From positions 49,145,594 through 49,209,593 of the forward strand of contig NC_068987.1 of NCBI RefSeq assembly GCF_001194135.2: DNA of 64,000 bases. The letters are read 5' to 3'. The first letter of the stretch is position 1. The number at the start of each line of letters is the position of its first letter. The stretch comes from Octopus bimaculoides. Taxonomy: Eukaryota. Under the pieces are notes generated by a model that saw only the letters and a program-made list of their open reading frames with translations, was not told the origin of the DNA and searched no databases. This document shows positions 63,957 to 64,000 of the stretch, in pieces. The translations under genes and the position numbers were made by a program.

Positions 63957-64000
63957 GTCTATCTGTCTATCTATCTATCTATCTATCTATCTATTTATCT
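63864..64000. repeat. (CTAT)n microsatellite
   Basis: Direct reading. Confidence 0.95.

Overview
AT-rich, microsatellite-dense animal genomic DNA from a gapped scaffold (about 11 N-gaps). The SINE, RTE and mariner repertoire looks like an octopod cephalopod; this is an inference from repeat families. No host protein-coding gene can be confidently called. The long ORFs are transposon relics, microsatellite translations or gap artefacts. Elements present: dozens of tRNA-derived SINEs from two main families, RTE LINE fragments, two R4/Dong-type LINE fragments, a Tx1/L1 fragment, three mariner transposons, several MITEs, two Penelope-like (PLE) fragments, and four LTR-type insertions with target-site duplications (TSDs). 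The most unusual signals are five. (1) A 277-bp retroposon with an 11-bp TSD that joins a tRNA-like Pol III head to a minimal PLE-type hammerhead ribozyme (37531-37807), with further hammerhead motifs elsewhere in the window. (2) A 292-bp foldback element with a tRNA-like core (50282-50573). (3) An 877-bp TGTAG...CTACA insertion with an asymmetric 125-bp internal repeat and a terminal hairpin, nested in a mariner. (4) A circularly permuted inverted repeat (43578-44147). (5) A candidate frame-preserving exon inside a pair of inverted RTE arms. All alignments were read by eye and no database searches were run.
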